Assembly: GCF_963921235.1 (NCBI RefSeq)
Contig: NC_086116.1
Location: 57,226,001-57,290,000 of the forward strand
DNA from: Mobula hypostoma
Lineage: Eukaryota
Length of the DNA stretch: 64,000 bases
Reading direction: 5' to 3'
Every line of letters begins with the position of its first letter. Position 1 is the stretch's first letter. Positions 61,200 through 64,000 of this stretch are shown here, piece by piece. The notes beneath the pieces are model-generated. The model did no database searches. It had not been told where the DNA came from and saw only the letters and a program-made list of their open reading frames with translations. The translations under genes were made by a program, and so were the position numbers.

Positions 61200-61950
61200 G
61201 AGCCGATCATGCCAACACTCATCGCTCAGGGAATCCCTCAGAGCAGTCTTTAAGGACCGGCAAAATCGCTCGCATTGGCCATTGGACTGTGAGTGATAGG
61301 CATGGTGTGAAGTCTCCTAAGGTTCTGAGCCATCACAGACCAGAAGTCTGAAATGAATTGAGGACCATGGTCAGAGAAAATATCAGATGGGGTGCCAAAT
61401 CGAGCAACCCAGGTGCCTGAGCTAAATCTGTGGCCATGGTCAATGTTAGAGGAACGACCTCCGGCCACTTGGTGGTACAGTCCACCACGGTCAGAAAGTG
61501 CGTGAATCCGTGTGGGGGGAGGAAGAGGAGCAGCAAGCTCGGTCAATCCGACACTCAATGGCACATGAACATGATGGTTAACTTTTGCCCACTGGTATTC
61601 CACCCAATCTGCAGTCCAATCACGCCAGTCCTTACTGAGGCCATGCCAAACAAACTTTAGTGCAACCAATTTCTCTAAGGTCTTCCAGCCCGGATGCAAG
61701 AGGCCATGAATGGAGTCGAAAACAGTTCGTCTCCAGTTTGCGGGAGCAATGGTGCGAGGACGAGTGACAGCCCCCTTCACGTCACATATTCTCAGTATTC
61801 TAACACGCACGGGTCAGTGGAAGAGAAACCAGCCTGTTGTTGCAGACTCACTGATAAGCCTTACTGCAGATGTGGAGCGCCTTCTGGGATGTGAACGGAG
61901 ACTTGTGCAAGATCAAGCAGCAGCAGAAATAACGACTGACGTGCCACCAC
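61200..61950 (-). pseudogene. Degenerate Ty3/gypsy integrase fragment
   Basis: WRRTVFDSIHGLLHPG (zinc finger), FLTVVDCTTKWPEVVPL, WVARFGTPSDIFSDHGPQF; frameshifted. Confidence 0.8.
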
Positions 61951-61959
61951 CGCCCCCCC

Positions 61960-62012
61960 GCACGCACGCGCACACGCACGCACGCACACGCACACGCGCA
62001 CACACACACAGA
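61960..62012. repeat. (GCAC)n/(CA)n microsatellite
   Basis: cgcacgcacgcgcacacgcacgcacgcacacgcacacgcgcacacacacaca. Confidence 0.85.
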
Positions 62013-62639
62013 GACTAAACTGTTTTGCTGCCACATTTGATATTTTTCCCATTCACTTCATTCAGGGCTCCAATTAAATTATATGTATTCATTTTTTAAA
62101 TCTATATATACTTAATGATATTTCACTAAAAGAGTAAACTTATCATGACCCATTCAGAAACTCCGATGGCCCCCAGTTTGTTTCTAACTTATGGCCTCTA
62201 CATCTGTCATGGCCCACATTCAGAGCCACTGCTCTAGAGGTCTATCTGAGCCAAATGGAGGCAGAATAGCGTAAGGTTGTGGTGCCATTTATTGAGGAAC
62301 CTGGAACATAGTAGGAGACCAAAAAAGGCCCTCTTTATTCCCACTCTTTTCCTCCTGCCAGTCAGCCAATCTGTTGTCTATGCTATTATCTCTCCTGTAA
62401 TACCATGGGCTCTGATCTTATTGCACTGCCTCATGCGTGGCACCTTGTCAGAAGGTCTTCTGAAAATCCAAGTACGTCCCCCCATCAATTCTCCTTTGTC
62501 TATCCTGCTTGTTATTTCCTCACAGAGGCAAGGAAGGCATTTGGCATGCTGGCCTTTGGCTGTCGGGCATTGAATGCAAGTCATATTGCAGTTAGTGCTG
62601 AAAAGAATTACCTTGATGTTGTCCGGATTCGGGGGTCTC

Positions 62640-63300
62640 AGTTACAGGATAGGTCATAGAGACTAAGACTTCATTCACTGGACCATAGAAGAATGGTGAA
62701 TGGTGTACAGGGCTGAATGCTCTCCATGGTATATTTGTAGAAATTTGGTAGTCTTCAGCGACGTACAAAATCTCCTCAAACTCCTTTTCAAGTATAGCCA
62801 CTAGTGTGCCTTATTTGTGATTGCATCAATATTTTGGACCCAGGAAATGTTCAGGACCTTGAAATGGCTCATCCTTTGTACTGCAAACCCCTCAATGAGA
62901 ATGTGTGTGTTCTCCCAATCTCCCTTTCCTGAAATCCACAATTAATTCCTTGGTGTTGATGACGTTAAGTGTGAGGTTATTATTGTGACCCCACTCAATT
63001 AGCTGAACTATCTCACAAATGTATGTCTCCTCATTGACGTCTGAGATACTGCCAACAACAGTGGTGTCATTAGCGAATTTATAGATGGTGCTTGAGCTGT
63101 GCTTAGCCACACAGTCACGAATGTAGAGAGGGTAGAGCCGTGGGCTATGCATGCATCCTTGAGGTGTGCCTATGTTGATTGTCAGCAAGAAGAAGATGTT
63201 ATCTCCAATCAACACAGACTGTGGCCTCCTGGCAAGGAAGTCAAGGATCCATTTGCAGTGGAGGTACAGAGGTCCAGGTTTTGAAGCTTGTTGATTAGTA
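62640..63300 (-). mobile_element. L2-clade LINE RT fragment
   Basis: INIGTPQGCMHSPRLY, KFANDTTVVG and NVINTKELIVDFRK. Confidence 0.82.
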
Positions 63301-63309
63301 CTAACCATA

Positions 63310-63633
63310 AGATCATAAGACATAAGAGCAGAATTAGGCCATTCAGCCCATCGTCTGCTCTACCATTCCATCATGGCTGATTCAGGATCCCACTCAACCC
63401 CATACACCTGCCTTCTCGCCATATCCTTTGATGCCCTGACTGATCAGGAAACTATCAACTTCTTCCTTAAATACATGCACAGACTTGCCTCCACTGCAGT
63501 CTGTGGCAGGGCATTCCACAGATTTACTATTCTCTGGCTAAAAAAAAATCCTCCTTACCTCTGCCCAAAAGGATTGCCCCTCAGTTTTGAGGCAGTGCCC
63601 TCTAGTTCTGGATACCCCCACCATAGAAAGCAC
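63310..63633 (-). mobile_element. CR1 3' end
   Basis: Reverse complement of the CR1 tail (agaattaggccattcagccc). Confidence 0.75.
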
Positions 63634-64000
63634 TGTTACATACCCTGTAACTGGGTTGCCAAACCAGCAGAAATGGATCACTCAGTTGGAGTCTGGATTA
63701 CTAGAACTAAGAAAGTTTTATTAAAGAAACAAGCAACACAGTAATCGAAAGGATAATAAATGCAACAGTTCAGCAATGATAAACACACATATGCACAGAA
63801 TTAAGATAACAGGATCAATCAAGCTCTATCGTTGTCTAGGGGTAAATGACCAATTTCAAAGTGACGCAAAGTTCAGTCCAATTTAGTTCAGTTCGCAGTA
63901 ATCGTTGCCATGGCGATGGACAATGTGGGGGGAAGGAGAGAGAGAACAAGAACGAATGATCATTCAAAACGGCTTCCACTCACAGACCTGCGATATTGCT
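63634..64000 (-). mobile_element. Probable LTR interrupting the CR1, running off the window edge
   Basis: Abrupt tgttac start inside the CR1; ttttatt (AATAAAA on the minus strand) near the end. Confidence 0.45.

Noticed and set aside
62020-62240. Complete hAT element ending gagccactg|ctctagag
   Set aside because: Only one terminus is visible, and I found no matching left end or TSD.

Overview
Eukaryotic genomic DNA dominated by transposable elements. The repeat mix (many CR1 and L2 LINE fragments, a V-SINE, Penelope-like elements, RTE, hAT and Tc1 elements, Ty3/gypsy) suggests a cartilaginous fish, possibly a ray; this is inference. Almost all ORFs in the supplied track are TE remnants or noise. 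The one host gene I can reconstruct by hand is a six-exon immunoglobulin-superfamily receptor on the + strand (39693-59984): leader, germline-joined VJ-type V domain, C1-set domain, TM, and two cytoplasmic exons with two ITIMs. All introns are GT-AG and phase-compatible, giving an open 329-aa frame. Read-through of the C1 exon gives a short tail, a stop and an AATAAA, so a secreted isoform is possible. Intron 3 holds a young, nearly intact gypsy element (229-bp LTRs, 1111-aa Pol ORF) whose primer-binding position is complementary to its own LTR. Other items: a ~3-kb 47/48-bp satellite with higher-order duplications upstream of the gene, Penelope-derived minimal hammerhead ribozyme motifs (one intact), a degenerate RLE-type (HERO-like) retrotransposon, nested hAT/CR1 insertions and a solo LTR. 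Coordinates for degenerate TE fragments are approximate.
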